Assembly (NCBI GenBank): GCA_964016885.1
Contig: OZ024742.1
Coordinates: 207,204,001 to 207,268,000, forward strand
Origin: Eledone cirrhosa
Lineage: Eukaryota
Direction of reading: 5' to 3'
Length of the DNA stretch: 64,000 nt
Part shown: positions 9,969-22,281 of the stretch, piece after piece
How the letters are laid out: each line of letters starts with the position of its first letter
How positions within the stretch are numbered: the first letter of the stretch is position 1
Translations under genes and position numbers: made by a program
Notes under the pieces: generated by a model
What the model saw: only the letters and a program-made list of their open reading frames with translations
Told to the model about the DNA's origin: nothing
Databases searched by the model: none

Positions 9969-11956
9969 ATGGCTAATTCCCCTCTGCACGAAGCAGCTGA
10001 AAGCCTTCCTCACAAAATAACACCTCACACCGACACCACCATTGTAAATGTTACTACGTTTGCCAACACAAAAAAAAATATAAGCAGTAGCAATATTTTA
10101 AATTTGTCTCAGGCAGACATTCATTTCCCGCCATTACCAATGACTGCAGGTGTTAAACCCTCCACCACCACCACCACCGCGACAACCACCACCACCACCA
10201 CCACCACCGCGACAACAGAAACAAAAGAAGAAAAAAATAAATTAACTCGTGACGTCGAAATGAAATCAAGCAAAATGGACTCTTCCCCACCAAAGACGAC
10301 TGACGTCACAACCACCACAACTGAAAATAAAATTAATATTAACGATAGCAACAACAACAACAATGACATTATAAAACCGACCCTCAGTTTCGCCATCGTA
10401 GCAAAACAATTCGAAGCGTTCACGGTAACCCAAGAAGATTTAGAAAATGCCAAACAAATGGTAAAGAAAGATGGGTACAGGGTCAGCCTCACCCCCCACC
10501 TAATAAAATGGAGCATCGGCGCCTGTGCACCGTGTCGTATAGAACAATAAATGTAAAATCGCGCCGAGTGGAACGGGCATCCGAGTCCCAAATCCAAAAA
10601 GCTTTGGGACATGTGTGGGCAAGAAAAACCCACATCAGACGTGGGCAAAAGTATTGAACCGTGGATGTGTTCTTTGAAACACCAGAGGAGGCTAGAGAAC
10701 ACTCCATGGCCCCATTAAAAAGTGACGACCTCACACTCGTCCCAAGCTATTGTGGCCAGAGACTCGTAAAGATCAGGGTGACCCACGTTCCACCGGCCAT
10801 CGAAATTCCCTGGCTAATAGCGGCTGTCCTCACCGGCATCGAAGCCAACACGAAAATAATAGCAGTAGCAAAAGAAAAGCAGGAAAACTGGTCCGGATCT
10901 GGGATGGAGCTCCTGATCCAAGCGGACCAAAAAAGCATTGAGGAGATCCCAGAGGTAATAGACCTCACTGACGGCAGCCACCTCACGGTAATTGTCGAGG
11001 GCAGAAGACCTAGGTGTGTCGTTTGTGGTGAAGGAACCCACCTAAGGGCTTTCTGCCCGCAGGCTAAAAGGTTGAGGCCACCTCTCCTACCCACCCCAGT
11101 GACAAAACCATCAACACCACCAGTAGCAGAGATGGCAGCAACAACTGTAGCAGCAACAACAGAAGCAACTATAACAGCAACAACCCCAGCAACAGTAGCA
11201 AAACCAACACCACTACCACCACCAGCAAAACCAACACCACCACCACCCAACGCTTCAGAACTAGCACCAGCGCCTACACCATCCACCACACCACAACCAA
11301 AACTAACGGCTGTGGAGGATTTTCCACTCCCCGGCCTATCACAACTGGAGACAGATTGTGACGACGAGGAGTGGGAAACGATATCCGGAAAAAAAAAAAG
11401 AAACCAAAAAAGAAAAAATTCTCTTCCTTCCCCCTCCAAAAACAAAATACAGAGGGAAACAAATAAACAAAGAAACAAAAAAGTTAGGACAGATATGCCA
11501 CCATCCACACCAGCATCACCAACCCCATCAACCCAAACACCAACACCATCACCATCATCATCCCCAGCACCACCATCACCTACACCACAAAAGTCACCAA
11601 AAAGCGAAACAGAAACAAACCCACAACAAACGCAAACAAAACAAAACAACCAAAACGATACACACTACACAGCATTAAATTTGAACAACAAGCAATTATT
11701 ACACTACATCCAACACAACACCAGCATCACAGAAAAAGACTACACAACAACCCCAAAATTCACACCACCTCCACACATACAAATCACTCGCATCACACAG
11801 AAAACGTACATGACACTAAAACAAAAATTCCCCAAAGACATCGGAGACTTCCGACAAGCACTCTCCAGGAGGATTTATAAGGACATCCTTCCTGAGGAGG
11901 CCACAAGCAGTGAAAAGGATGGAAAAGCCGTCCTTCCCCTACGAGAAGTAAGGTAA
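9969..11956 (+). pseudogene. Tx1 ORF1 type B, disrupted
   Basis: Pieces 9969..10550 and 10661..11956; frameshift near 10490 and TGA near 10656 relative to copy 3; knuckle CVVCGEGTHLRAFC. Confidence 0.8.
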
Positions 11957-11990
11957 GTGGTCTTTCCCATCTTTTCCACTCCTTTTCAAC

Positions 11991-14900
11991 ATGACCTCAC
12001 TCAGAATAGGCAGCATAAATGCGCGTGGCTTGGGGTCGTCATGGAAGCAGGGCGACCTGCTCAACGACCTCAGGTCACTAAACATAGATGTAGTGGCCAT
12101 CAGCGAGACCAGAATCTCCGAAGCACAGGCTTTCGCACCGATCTTCGGCGGCTACGATGTGTACGCATCTCCCAGCCGTCCGGGATCGGGGGGAGGAGTT
12201 GCTGTGCTTTTTCGGAGAGGTTTGGATCTTGCCATACGGGCCATCTTCCTGGACCCAGAAGGTAAGTTGGTGGTGCTGGACGTGACCAGCGGAGACGGGC
12301 AAGCTTTCAGGTTAGTGGCCGTCTATGCCCCGACAGGAGCAGGGCGGCCTGATTTCTTCCGGCGTCTGGAGACCTTTCTTGGAACGTCCCGCTCTTTAGT
12401 GTTAGTGGGCGACTGGAACGGGATCTTAGATGCACGCTGGGATTGTGTGGGATTAGTGGATAGGGAAGGAGGGTGCAAGAGTCTCACCAACCTGCTCAGA
12501 CGTTTTGAACTGTCTGACAGGTACCGAATGGATTTCCCGAATGTATCAATGTGGACTTGGACAAATCGCATAGGGTCATCCAGATCATATCTAGATAGAG
12601 TATTTTGTAGGGAAATAGATAGGTCTAGCATAGGCTGTCCACAATTCAAGATAGTCAGCTACACGGACCACAAATTCGTGATCTGTGTGCTTGACTTAGA
12701 TAGGCTTCATAGACGAGGACCCGGCTACTGGAAGCTAAACGCGTCCTTACCAGCGCGCAAGGCCTACAGAGACCGGATTAGCGAACTAGTTAAGCGGGCG
12801 TTGACGGGGGCCATCGTCAACAACAAGTGGTGGTTTGCTCTGAAAAGAGCAATTAGAATAGAGTCCATTAGGTTTAGTAAGACTTTAGCAATAGAGAAAA
12901 ATAGAGCAGAGGGAGAATTAGTTAGAAAATTAGATGAGGCGCTTAGCAAAGGCATCGCGACCGACGTACTTGCGGCGAAATTGGCCCTTGACCAATTCTT
13001 CAATGCAAAGCACGAAGGCTGCGTTGTCAGAGCTAGGGTGCGTGCTCTCAGACACGAGGGGACGAAAGCCGTTGAATGGGCCCGAGTGGCGGAGGCGCGT
13101 CGTGGCAACAAAGCCACGATCCGGTCTTTGGTGGACCACGACGGGCGCATGCTACTCGATCCCGGGCAAATGTGTGAAGCTTTTCAGCGACACTTCGCTC
13201 AACTGTTCGGGGGCAGTGGCGGGCCGGATCGAGGGATGGACTTTAGTGTCTACCTCGACGGACTGCCGCGGCTTTCGGCCACTGAGGCGGAGTGTTGCGA
13301 AAAGCCGATAACAACCGCTGAAGTACGGGATGCAATGACTAGTTGCACAAGGGGCAAATCGCCTGGTTTGGATGGTCTGCCCTATGAACTTTACGTACAA
13401 ATGCCAAACTTGTTCGGAGGCCTCTTGGCGGACGTCTACTGCAACTGGCAACAGAACGGGAGAATTCCCAGCTCTGTGAGCCGAGGAGCGGTGGCGCTGC
13501 TGAGAAAGGATCCGAACAAGGGGGATAACATAGATAATTTTAGGCCCATAACTCTGCTAAATACAGAGTTCAAGATTTTGGCCAAGGTGCTAGCAAAGAG
13601 GTTGGCGCTTGTCGTTGGTGGTCTGGTGGGAGAGGCACAGACATGCGCCATTCCCGACAGATCCATCCACGACAACCTCCACCTCATGCGATACATCGTA
13701 GAGAGGGTAGCTAGGGAACCTGGCACGGGTGGGTCTTTGATCAATTTAGATCAGTCGAAAGCCTTCGATAGGGTCGACCATCGTTACCTAGCGGCAGTCC
13801 TGAGGGCGGCTGGCTTTGGGCCCGTCTTCAGAGGCTGGATCGCTGCCATGCACAGCGACATCTGCTCTGTGGTGAGAGTGAACGGTCACCTTTCGGAACC
13901 GTTCAACATCATGCGCTCGGTCCGCCAAGGATGTCCCCTCTCGTCCCTATTGTACGTATTGACTCTCGAGCCATTACTGCACAAACTGGAGACGTTGAGG
14001 GGGGTCCCGCGCGAACTAGGATGCGGAAGATCCGTGTCAGCATATGCCGACGATGTCACCGTAGTGGTGTCGAACGCCAAACACATCGAGGCGATCGGCA
14101 CTACACTAAGAGAATACGAAGCGGTGACAGGAGCAATGATCAACCAGGAAAAGTCAGTGGGCCTGCAGCTCGGCACCTGGAGAGGCAGGTCCATGCCGTC
14201 CAACAGCGTCGTCGGGCGCTGGACGGACGGACCGGTTAAATTGCTATTGGTCTGTTTCGGTCCAGACCTCCAGACGGACAAAAACTGGGACGAGGTGACG
14301 AGCAGGGTGGCTTCTCTCACCCAGAAATGGGCCGAGAGGAAGCTATCCCTAAAAGGTCGAGCGGAGGTGGCGAATGCGTACATCGCATCCGTCATCTACT
14401 ACCGCCTGACCGTCGTACCTTGTCCTAAGCCCCGCCTGACTGCGCTGGAGCGTTTGCTCTTTCGCTTCTTGTGGAAGGGACGCGGTCCGATGGTCAGGCG
14501 GTCCATCTGCTGTCAACACCCGCTACGTGGAGGGCTGGGCATGCCGTGGCTGATGATGCGCAGACACGCGCTCAGGCTACGACATCTCCACCTCTTCCTC
14601 GACGGTGATCAGGTGTGGTCGCCGTTTGCAAGACACGTTTTTCCCCAGCTCGTCTCCTTGACGGGGCTGCAGTCCTGGGTCGGGCGAGGACCGAGAGGGA
14701 GCGCTTGGAGACTGGAATGTCTTCAGGCGCTCACAGCCCTCGACCAATCGGGCAATGTGATCGGTGGAAACTCCACCTTGGCGTTCTATAGGGGATTAGT
14801 GGAGGGGAAGAGCGACGACGTACTTGGAGAAACTCTAGGCGTCGACGAAAATCAACTAGCCAATCTCTTCGGAAGGACTTTCGGGCCGGGGCCTATGGAC

Positions 14901-15374
14901 AACTTCCAGAAATCCCTGGCCTGGCAGTGCTACCGAGGAGCTTTGCCAGTTCGGGATAAACTCTACAGGCATGGAGGTGCCGTCAGCCGGGCATGTCCGA
15001 GATGCGCGCAGGGCGACGAAACCGTCCTGCACGCACTCGTCCAGTGTCCGAGCATTGCTGACTTGTCGGTTTATGTCGAACACCTGCTGTCACGTGTAGG
15101 ACGGATCCAGCTATCAGCTGAGTCCATCGTGAGGGCAGTTTTTATCTGTCTGGTGGCCATGGCGAAAGAGATAGTATGGTGGACACGTTTGAAAGGGCTG
15201 AAGACAAGCACTTACCTCTTCGGTGATGCCCTGATTAACTTTTTCAAATTTCATTTGAAAAGGAAAATCAGGGTAGAGAGGGAAGTGCTCTCTTCCCAGC
15301 ATTTTGTTGAAAGATGGGTGAGAGAAGCAAGTATGGCCCGAATGAATGGGCCTTCTCTGAGTATGTGTCTGTAA
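11991..15374 (+). CDS. Tx1 ORF2 (1127 aa, open; 12-aa in-frame deletion near the C-terminus)
   Basis: Nearly identical to 6042..9461; lacks IAPPSSFSREGQ; YADD and APE motifs intact. Confidence 0.93.
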   Translation: MTSLRIGSINARGLGSSWKQGDLLNDLRSLNIDVVAISETRISEAQAFAPIFGGYDVYASPSRPGSGGGVAVLFRRGLDLAIRAIFLDPEGKLVVLDVTSGDGQAFRLVAVYAPTGAGRPDFFRRLETFLGTSRSLVLVGDWNGILDARWDCVGLVDREGGCKSLTNLLRRFELSDRYRMDFPNVSMWTWTNRIGSSRSYLDRVFCREIDRSSIGCPQFKIVSYTDHKFVICVLDLDRLHRRGPGYWKLNASLPARKAYRDRISELVKRALTGAIVNNKWWFALKRAIRIESIRFSKTLAIEKNRAEGELVRKLDEALSKGIATDVLAAKLALDQFFNAKHEGCVVRARVRALRHEGTKAVEWARVAEARRGNKATIRSLVDHDGRMLLDPGQMCEAFQRHFAQLFGGSGGPDRGMDFSVYLDGLPRLSATEAECCEKPITTAEVRDAMTSCTRGKSPGLDGLPYELYVQMPNLFGGLLADVYCNWQQNGRIPSSVSRGAVALLRKDPNKGDNIDNFRPITLLNTEFKILAKVLAKRLALVVGGLVGEAQTCAIPDRSIHDNLHLMRYIVERVAREPGTGGSLINLDQSKAFDRVDHRYLAAVLRAAGFGPVFRGWIAAMHSDICSVVRVNGHLSEPFNIMRSVRQGCPLSSLLYVLTLEPLLHKLETLRGVPRELGCGRSVSAYADDVTVVVSNAKHIEAIGTTLREYEAVTGAMINQEKSVGLQLGTWRGRSMPSNSVVGRWTDGPVKLLLVCFGPDLQTDKNWDEVTSRVASLTQKWAERKLSLKGRAEVANAYIASVIYYRLTVVPCPKPRLTALERLLFRFLWKGRGPMVRRSICCQHPLRGGLGMPWLMMRRHALRLRHLHLFLDGDQVWSPFARHVFPQLVSLTGLQSWVGRGPRGSAWRLECLQALTALDQSGNVIGGNSTLAFYRGLVEGKSDDVLGETLGVDENQLANLFGRTFGPGPMDNFQKSLAWQCYRGALPVRDKLYRHGGAVSRACPRCAQGDETVLHALVQCPSIADLSVYVEHLLSRVGRIQLSAESIVRAVFICLVAMAKEIVWWTRLKGLKTSTYLFGDALINFFKFHLKRKIRVEREVLSSQHFVERWVREASMARMNGPSLSMCL

Positions 15375-15616
15375 ATTAAAGGTGGAAAACTGGGAGAGGG
15401 CACTTGCCCTGGTGGTCAGGGCCACTGTGGTCTTTTAATGGGCTTTCTCCACAAATGTCCCTTGGAAGTCTCCCCCCTATTGGGGAATTTTTCTTTGTTA
15501 TTTTATTTCAACCTCTGTTTTTTTACACGCAGAAATGCCCATTTGTACCGTCCTGTATTGTCCTGTACTGTCCTTAATGTCTACTTTATGTGAACCCTTG
15601 TGGTTAATAAAGAAAA

Positions 15617-15683
<67 letters not shown>

Positions 15684-15906
15684 ATTATTGGCGACCTACG
15701 TAGTAAATCGTATCATCGTGAGCTCCGCAAAGGTTTGTTATTTCCAGTTGTTTAAAATTGCCATTTATGGAAATTTTTTTATTGTTAACTGTATATAAGT
15801 GCACATACATTGATTTCTGAAAAGGACACTCAAAATATTGGGGCCTTGAGTCCAAAATTTAAAATTTGTTATAATTATCAAACAAATAATTTTTCTTTGA
15901 AAAATT

Positions 15907-17727
15907 ATGGATGACTCAGAGTCACTCCTTCCTCACAATCTAACACCTCACACCGACACCACCATTGTAAATATTGCTACGTTTGCCAACACTGGAAATG
16001 TAAGCAGAAGCAATATTTTAAATTTGTCTCGGGCAGACGTTCATTTCCCGCCATTACCAATGACTGCAGGTGTTAAAGCCGCCACCCCACCACCACCACA
16101 GCGACAACAGAAACAAAAGAAAAAAATAAATTAACTCGTGATATCGAAATTAATTCAACCAAAATGAACTCTTCCACACCGAACACCACTGACGCGACCA
16201 CCGCCACAACTGAAACTAAAATTAACAATAGCAAAAATAACGATAACAACAACAGCAACAATGAAATTAAGAAAACTACCCTGAGTTTTGCCAGAGTAGC
16301 AAAAACGTGCGAAGCGATCCAGGTAACTCAGGAGGAATTAGAAGAAGCCAAAGGAATGGTAAAGAAAGATGGGTACAGGGTCAGCCACACCGCCCTACCT
16401 AATAAAATGGAGCAACGTCGCCTATGCACCGTGTCTTATCGGACAATTAACATAAAATCGCGCCGAGTGGAACGGGCATCCGAGTCCCAAATCCAAAAAG
16501 CTTTGGGACATGTGTGGGCAAAAAAACCCCAAACAGACGTGGGCAGAAGTATGGAACCGTGGACGTGTTCTTTGAAACACTACAGGAGGCCAGAGAACAC
16601 TCCATGGCCCATTATGAAGTGACGACTTCACACTCGTCCCAAGCTATTGTGGCCAGAGACTTGTGAAGATCAGGGTGACCCACGTTCCACCGGCCATCGA
16701 AATTCCCTGGCTAATGGCTGTCGTCCTCGCCGGCATCGAGGCCAACACCAAGATAATTGAAATAGCGAAAGAAAAGCAGGAGAACTGGTCCGGATCTGGG
16801 ATGGAGCTCCTGATCCAAGCGGACCATAAAAGCATTGAGGAGATCCCAGAAGTAATAAACCTCACTGACGGCAGCCACCTCACCGTAATCGTTGAGGGCA
16901 GAAGACCTAGGTGTGTCCTTTGTGGTGAAGGCACCCACCTAAGGGCTTTCTACCCTCAGGCTAAAAGGTTGAGGCCACCTCTCTTACCCACCCCAAAGAC
17001 TCAACCATCAACACCACTAGCAGCAGAAATGGCAGCAACAACTGTAGCAGCAACAACAGAAGTAACTGTAATAGCAACAATCCCAGCAACAGTTGCAAAA
17101 CCAACACCACCACCACCCAATGCGCCAGAACTAGCACCAGCGCCTACACCCTCCACAACGCCACAACCAAAACCAACGCCTGTGGAGGAATTTCCACTCT
17201 CCGGCTTATCGCAACTGGAGACAGATTGTGACCACGAGGAGTGGGAAACGGTATCAGGAAAAAAGAAAAAAAGAAACCAAACAAGAAAAAAATTCTCTTC
17301 CTTCCCCCTCCAAAAACAAAATACATCGGGAAACAAATAAATTATCAACACCATCACCAACACCACAAAAGTCACCAAAAAGCGTAACAGAAACAAACCC
17401 ACAACAAACGCAAACAAAACAAAACAACCAAAACGATACACACAGCATTAAATTTGAACAACAAACAATTATTACACTACATGCAACATAACACCAGCAT
17501 CACAGAAAAAGACTTCACAACAACCCAAAAGTTCACACCACTTCCACACATACAAATCACTCGCATCACAGAAAACGTACACGACACTGAAACAAAAATT
17601 CCCCAAAGACATCGGAGACTTCCGACAAACACTTTCCAGGAGGATTTATAAGGACATCCTTCCGGAGGAGGCCACAAGCAGTGAAAAGGATGGACAAACC
17701 ATCCTTCCTCTACCAGAAGTAAGGTAA
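15907..17727 (+). pseudogene. Tx1 ORF1 type B, frameshifted with deletions
   Basis: Fragments 15907..16134, 16164..16622, 16663..17340 and later pieces are collinear with copy 2 ORF1. Confidence 0.85.
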
Positions 17728-17761
17728 GTGGTCTTTCCCATTTTTTCAACTCCATTTCAAC

Positions 17762-20700
17762 ATGACCTCACTCAGAATAGGCAGCATAAATGCGCATGGC
17801 TTAGGGTCGTCATGGAAGCAGGGCCACCTGTTCAACGACCTCAGGTCACTAAACATAGATGTAGTGGCCATCAGCGAGACCAGAATCTCCGAAGCACGGG
17901 CCTTCGCACCGATCTTCGGCGGCTACGATGTGTACGCATCTCCCAGCCGTCCGGGTTCGGGGGGTGGAGTTGCTGTGCTCTTTCGGAGAGGTTTGGATAT
18001 CGCCATACGGGCCATCTTCCGGGACCCAGAAGGTAAGTTGGTGGTGCTAGACGTGACCAATGGAGACGGGCAAGCTTTCAGGCTAGTGGCCGTCTATGCC
18101 CGACAGAAGCAGGGCGGCCTGATTTCTTCCGGCGTCTGGAAACCTTTCTTGAAACGTCCCGCTCTTTAGTGTTAGTGGGCGACTGGAACGGGATCTTAGA
18201 TGTACGCTGGGACTGTGTTGGATAAGCGGATAGGGGAGGAGGGTGCAAGAGCCTCACCAACCTGCTCAGGCGTTTTTAACTGTCTGACAGGTACCGATTG
18301 GATTTCCCGAATGTGCCAATGTGGACTTGGACAAATCCGATAGGGTCATCCAGATCATATCTAGATAGAGTATTTTGTAGGGAAATAGATAGGTCTAGCA
18401 TAGGCTGTCCACAATTCAAGATAGTCAGCTACACGGACCACAAATTCGTGATCTGTGTGCTTGACTTAGATAGGCTTCATAGAAGAGGACCCGGCTACTG
18501 GAAGCTAAACGCGTCCTTACCAGCGCGCAAGGCCTAGAGAGACCGGATTAGCGAACTAGTTAAGCGGGCGTTGACGGGGGCCATCGTCAACAACAAGTGG
18601 TGGTTTGTTCTGAAAAGAGCGATTAGAATATAGTCCATTAGATTTCGTAAGGTTTTAGCAATAGAGAAAAATAGCGCAGAGGGAGAATTAGTTAGAAAAT
18701 TAGACGAGGCGCTTAGCAAAGGCATCGCGACCGACGTGCTTGCGGCGAAATTGGCCCTTAACCAATTCTTCAACGCAAAGCACGAAGGCTGCGTTGTCAG
18801 AGCTAGGGTGCGTGCTCTCAGACACGAGGGGACGAAAGCCGTTCAATGGGCCCGAGTGGCGGAGGCGTGTGGTGGCAACAAAGCCATGATCCGGTCTTTG
18901 GTGGACCACGACGGGCGCCTGCTACTCGATCCAGGGCAAATGTGTGAATCTTTTCAGCGACATATCGCACAGCTGTTCGGGGGCATCGGTGGGCCGGATC
19001 AAGGGATGAATTTTAGTGTCTACCTCGACGGACTGCCGCGGCTCTCGGCCACTGAGGCGGAGTGTTGCGAAAAGCCGATAACAGCCGCTGAAGTACGGGA
19101 GGCAATGACTGGCTGCACAAGTGGTAAAACGCCTGGTTTGGATGGTCTGCCGTATGAACTTTACGTACAGATGCCAGACTTGTTCGGAGGCCTCTTGGTG
19201 GACGTCTACTGCAACTGTTAACAGAACGGGAGAATTCCCAGCTCTGTAAGTTGGGGAGCTCTGGTGCTGCTGAGAAAGGATCCGAACAAGTGGGATAACA
19301 TAGATAATTTCAGGCCCATAACTCTACTAAACACAGAGTTCAAGATTTTGGCCAAGGTTCTAGCAAAGTGGTTGGCGCTTGTCGTTGGTGGTCTGATGGG
19401 AGAGGCGCAGACATTCGCCATTCCCGACAGATCCATCCACGACAACCTCCACCTCATGCGATACATCGTAGAGAGGGTAGCTATGGAACCTGGCACGGGT
19501 GGGTCCTTGATCAATTTAGATCAGTCGAAAGCTTTCGATAGGGTCGACAATCGTTACCTAGCGGCAGTCCTGAGGGCGGCTGGCTTTGAGCCCATCTTCA
19601 GAGGCTGGATCTGTGGTGAGAGTGAACGATCACCTTTCGGAACCGTTCAACATAATGCGCTCGGTCCGCCAAGGATGTCCCCTCTCGTCCCTCTTGTACG
19701 TATTTTCTCTCGAGCCATTACTGCACAAACTGGAGACAGCATATGCGGACGATGTCACGGTAGTGGTGTCGAACGCCAAACACATCGAGGCGATCGGCAC
19801 CATACCAAGAGAATACGAACCGGTGACAGGAGCAATGATCGACCAGGAAAAGTCAGTGAGCCTGCAACTCGGCACCTGGAGAGGCAGGTCCATGCCGTCC
19901 AACAGCGTCGTCGGGCGCTGGACGGATGGACCGGTTAAATTGCTAGCGGTCTGGTTCGGTCCGGACCTCCAGACGGACAAAAACTGGGACGAGGTGACGA
20001 GCAGGGTAACTTCTCTGACCCAGAAATGGGCGGAGAGGAAGATAACACTGAAAGGTCGAGCGGAGGTGGCTAACGCGTACATCGCGTCAGTCATCTATTA
20101 CCGCCTGACCGTCGTACCTTGTCCTAAGCCCCGCCTGACTGCGCTGGAGCGTTTGCTCTTTCGCTTTTTGTGGAAGGGACGCGCTCCGATGGTCAGACTG
20201 TCCATCTGCTGTCAACACCCGCTACGTGGAAGGCTGGGCATGCCGTGGCTGATGATGCACAGACACGCGCTCAGGCTACGACATCTCCACCTCTTCCTCG
20301 ACGGTGATCATGTGTGGTCGCCGTTTGCTAGACATGTCTTTCCCCAGCTCGTCTCCTTGAGGGAGCTGCAGTCCTGGGTCAAGCGAAGGCCGAGAGGGAG
20401 CGCCTGGAGACTGGAATGTCTTCAGGCGCTCACAGCCCTCGACCAATCGGGCAATGTGATCGGTGGAAACTCCACCTCGGCGTTCTATAGAGTATTAGTG
20501 GAGGGGAAGAGCGACGACATACTTGGGGAAACTCTAGGCGTCGACGAAAATCAACTAGCCAATCTCTTCGGAAGAACTTTCGGGCCGGGACCTATGGGCA
20601 ACTTCCAGAAATCTCTGACCTGGCAGTGCTACCGAGGAGCCTTGCCAGTTCGGGATAAACTCTACAGGCATGGAGGTGCCGTCAGCCGGGCATGTCCGAG

Positions 20701-21109
20701 ATGCGCGCAGGGCGACGAAACCGTCCTGCACGCACTCGTCCAGTGTCCGAAAATCGCTGACTTGTGGGTTTATGTCGAACACCTGCTGTCGCGTGTAGGA
20801 CGGATCCAGCTATCATCTGAGTCCATCGTGAGGATTGCCCCGCCCTCTTCCTTTAGCCGTGAAGGGCAGGCAGTTTTTATCTGTCTGGTGGCCATGGCGA
20901 AAGAGATAGTATGGTGGACACGTTTGAAAGGGCTGTAGACGACCACTTACCTCTTCGGTGATGCCCTGATTGACTTTTTCAAATTTCATTTGAAAAGAAA
21001 AATCAGATTAGAGAGGGAAGTGCTCTCTTCCCAGCATTTTGTTGAAAGATCGGTGAGACAAGCAAGAATGGCCCGAGTGAATGGGCCTACTCTGAGTAGG
21101 TATCTGTAA
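17762..21109 (+). pseudogene. Tx1 ORF2 with multiple stops, frameshifts and deletions
   Basis: Fragments starting at 17762, 18298, 18736, 19264 and 19586 match copy 1 ORF2. Confidence 0.92.
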
Positions 21110-21359
21110 ATTAAAGGTGGAAAACTGGGAGAGGGCACTTGCCTTGGTGGTCAGGGTCACTGTGGCCTTTTACTGGGCTTTCTCCACAAATGTCCCTCCG
21201 AAGACTCCCCCCTATTGGGGAATTTTTCATTGTTATTTTTTTGTTACATCCTCTGTTTTTGTTTTTTACACGTAGAAATGCCCATTTGTACCGTCCTGTA
21301 TTGTCCTGCACTGTCCTTAATGTCTACTTTATGTAAACCCTTGTGGTTAATAAAGAAAA

Positions 21360-21422
<63 letters not shown>

Positions 21423-22094
21423 CATCTCAGTTATTCATATCATCCTCATCTAATTTGTTTTTCGGATTTAATACGTAACTAGAGTACAACAGTCGTGAAA
21501 AACGTTCACAATGTTACTCCTTCTGTCGGCAGTAAATTGTACATTGGATGACGGAAAATGTAAGTAATGGTATGTAGCACAAGGCGTGAGTCATATCTCA
21601 ATGAGCATTGAAAATGGAATGATCAGTGAAAGCTGGAACTAAATTAGTCAGCTTTTTCTATTAGTTGTGCGACATTAATCTGAAAGACAGTCAGCACAAA
21701 TGTTCTGAGAATGAGGCTGTACACTTAAAGCATTGATCGACGTAACCAAGAGAGATAATTGTGTTGGTATGTACTGGATGGGAAAATAGGGATGCATGCT
21801 AACAATAAAAAGTACCTACAGCTGGTTAAGAAAGACATGGGGTGGGAAAAATTTAGATCTTTAAAAAGCAGTTAGTTAACAAAATGCTTTTAAGTCTATG
21901 CTCCCCCTTCAGATGCATTGTATTCTGATTTTGTTGCAGATTAAAATTGTATACCCGGTGGAGTATACTTGACTCATTTCTTTCCAGGTTTTACTTACTC
22001 TTAGTTTGCCATGCTGCAGACTATTCTAAGTTATGACATCTTTAAAAACAAAAGGAAACAAATATTAAAACATTGTAGAAAATACATTGTTGTA

Positions 22095-22281
22095 TTTATT
22101 CTGGCACTTTACGTTCCGAATTCCAATCTCACCGTGGTCAAATTTGTCATTTCATCCTTCTATATTTAATAAGATAAAATAGTAATCAAGTAATTACTTG
22201 ATTTAATAAGCTACTCGTCTCCCTAATTTCTGATTTTATGCTTATTTTGGAAACAAAATTATTATTATTATTATTATTATT
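22095..22281 (+). mobile_element. Degenerate tRNA-derived SINE ending in (TTA)n
   Basis: CTTTACGTTCCGAATTCCAATCTCACCG...TTTCATCCTTC...GATAAAATAGTA resembles the SINE at 52237; ends GGAAACAAAATTATTA. Confidence 0.55.

Larger units (their letters stand above)
9760..15689 (+). mobile_element. Tx1/L1-clade LINE, copy 2 (full length, ORF1 type B), with (TTA)n tail
   Basis: Begins immediately after the copy 1 tail; same ORF2 and 3'UTR; TTA tail ~15618-15689. Confidence 0.93.
15690..21421 (+). mobile_element. Tx1/L1-clade LINE, copy 3 (full length, ORF1 type B, decayed), with (TTA)n tail
   Basis: Same 5' end as copy 2 (GGCGACCTACGTAG); TTA tail 21361-21421. Confidence 0.92.

Noticed and set aside
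6092-21336. Antisense and alternate-frame ORFs recurring in each Tx1 copy
   Set aside because: They recur because the copies are nearly identical and GC-rich; no recognisable motifs.
21422-22090. Host gene exons between Tx1 copies 3 and 4
   Set aside because: No sustained ORF; weak resemblance to a decayed LINE RT end; splice-like sites alone are insufficient.
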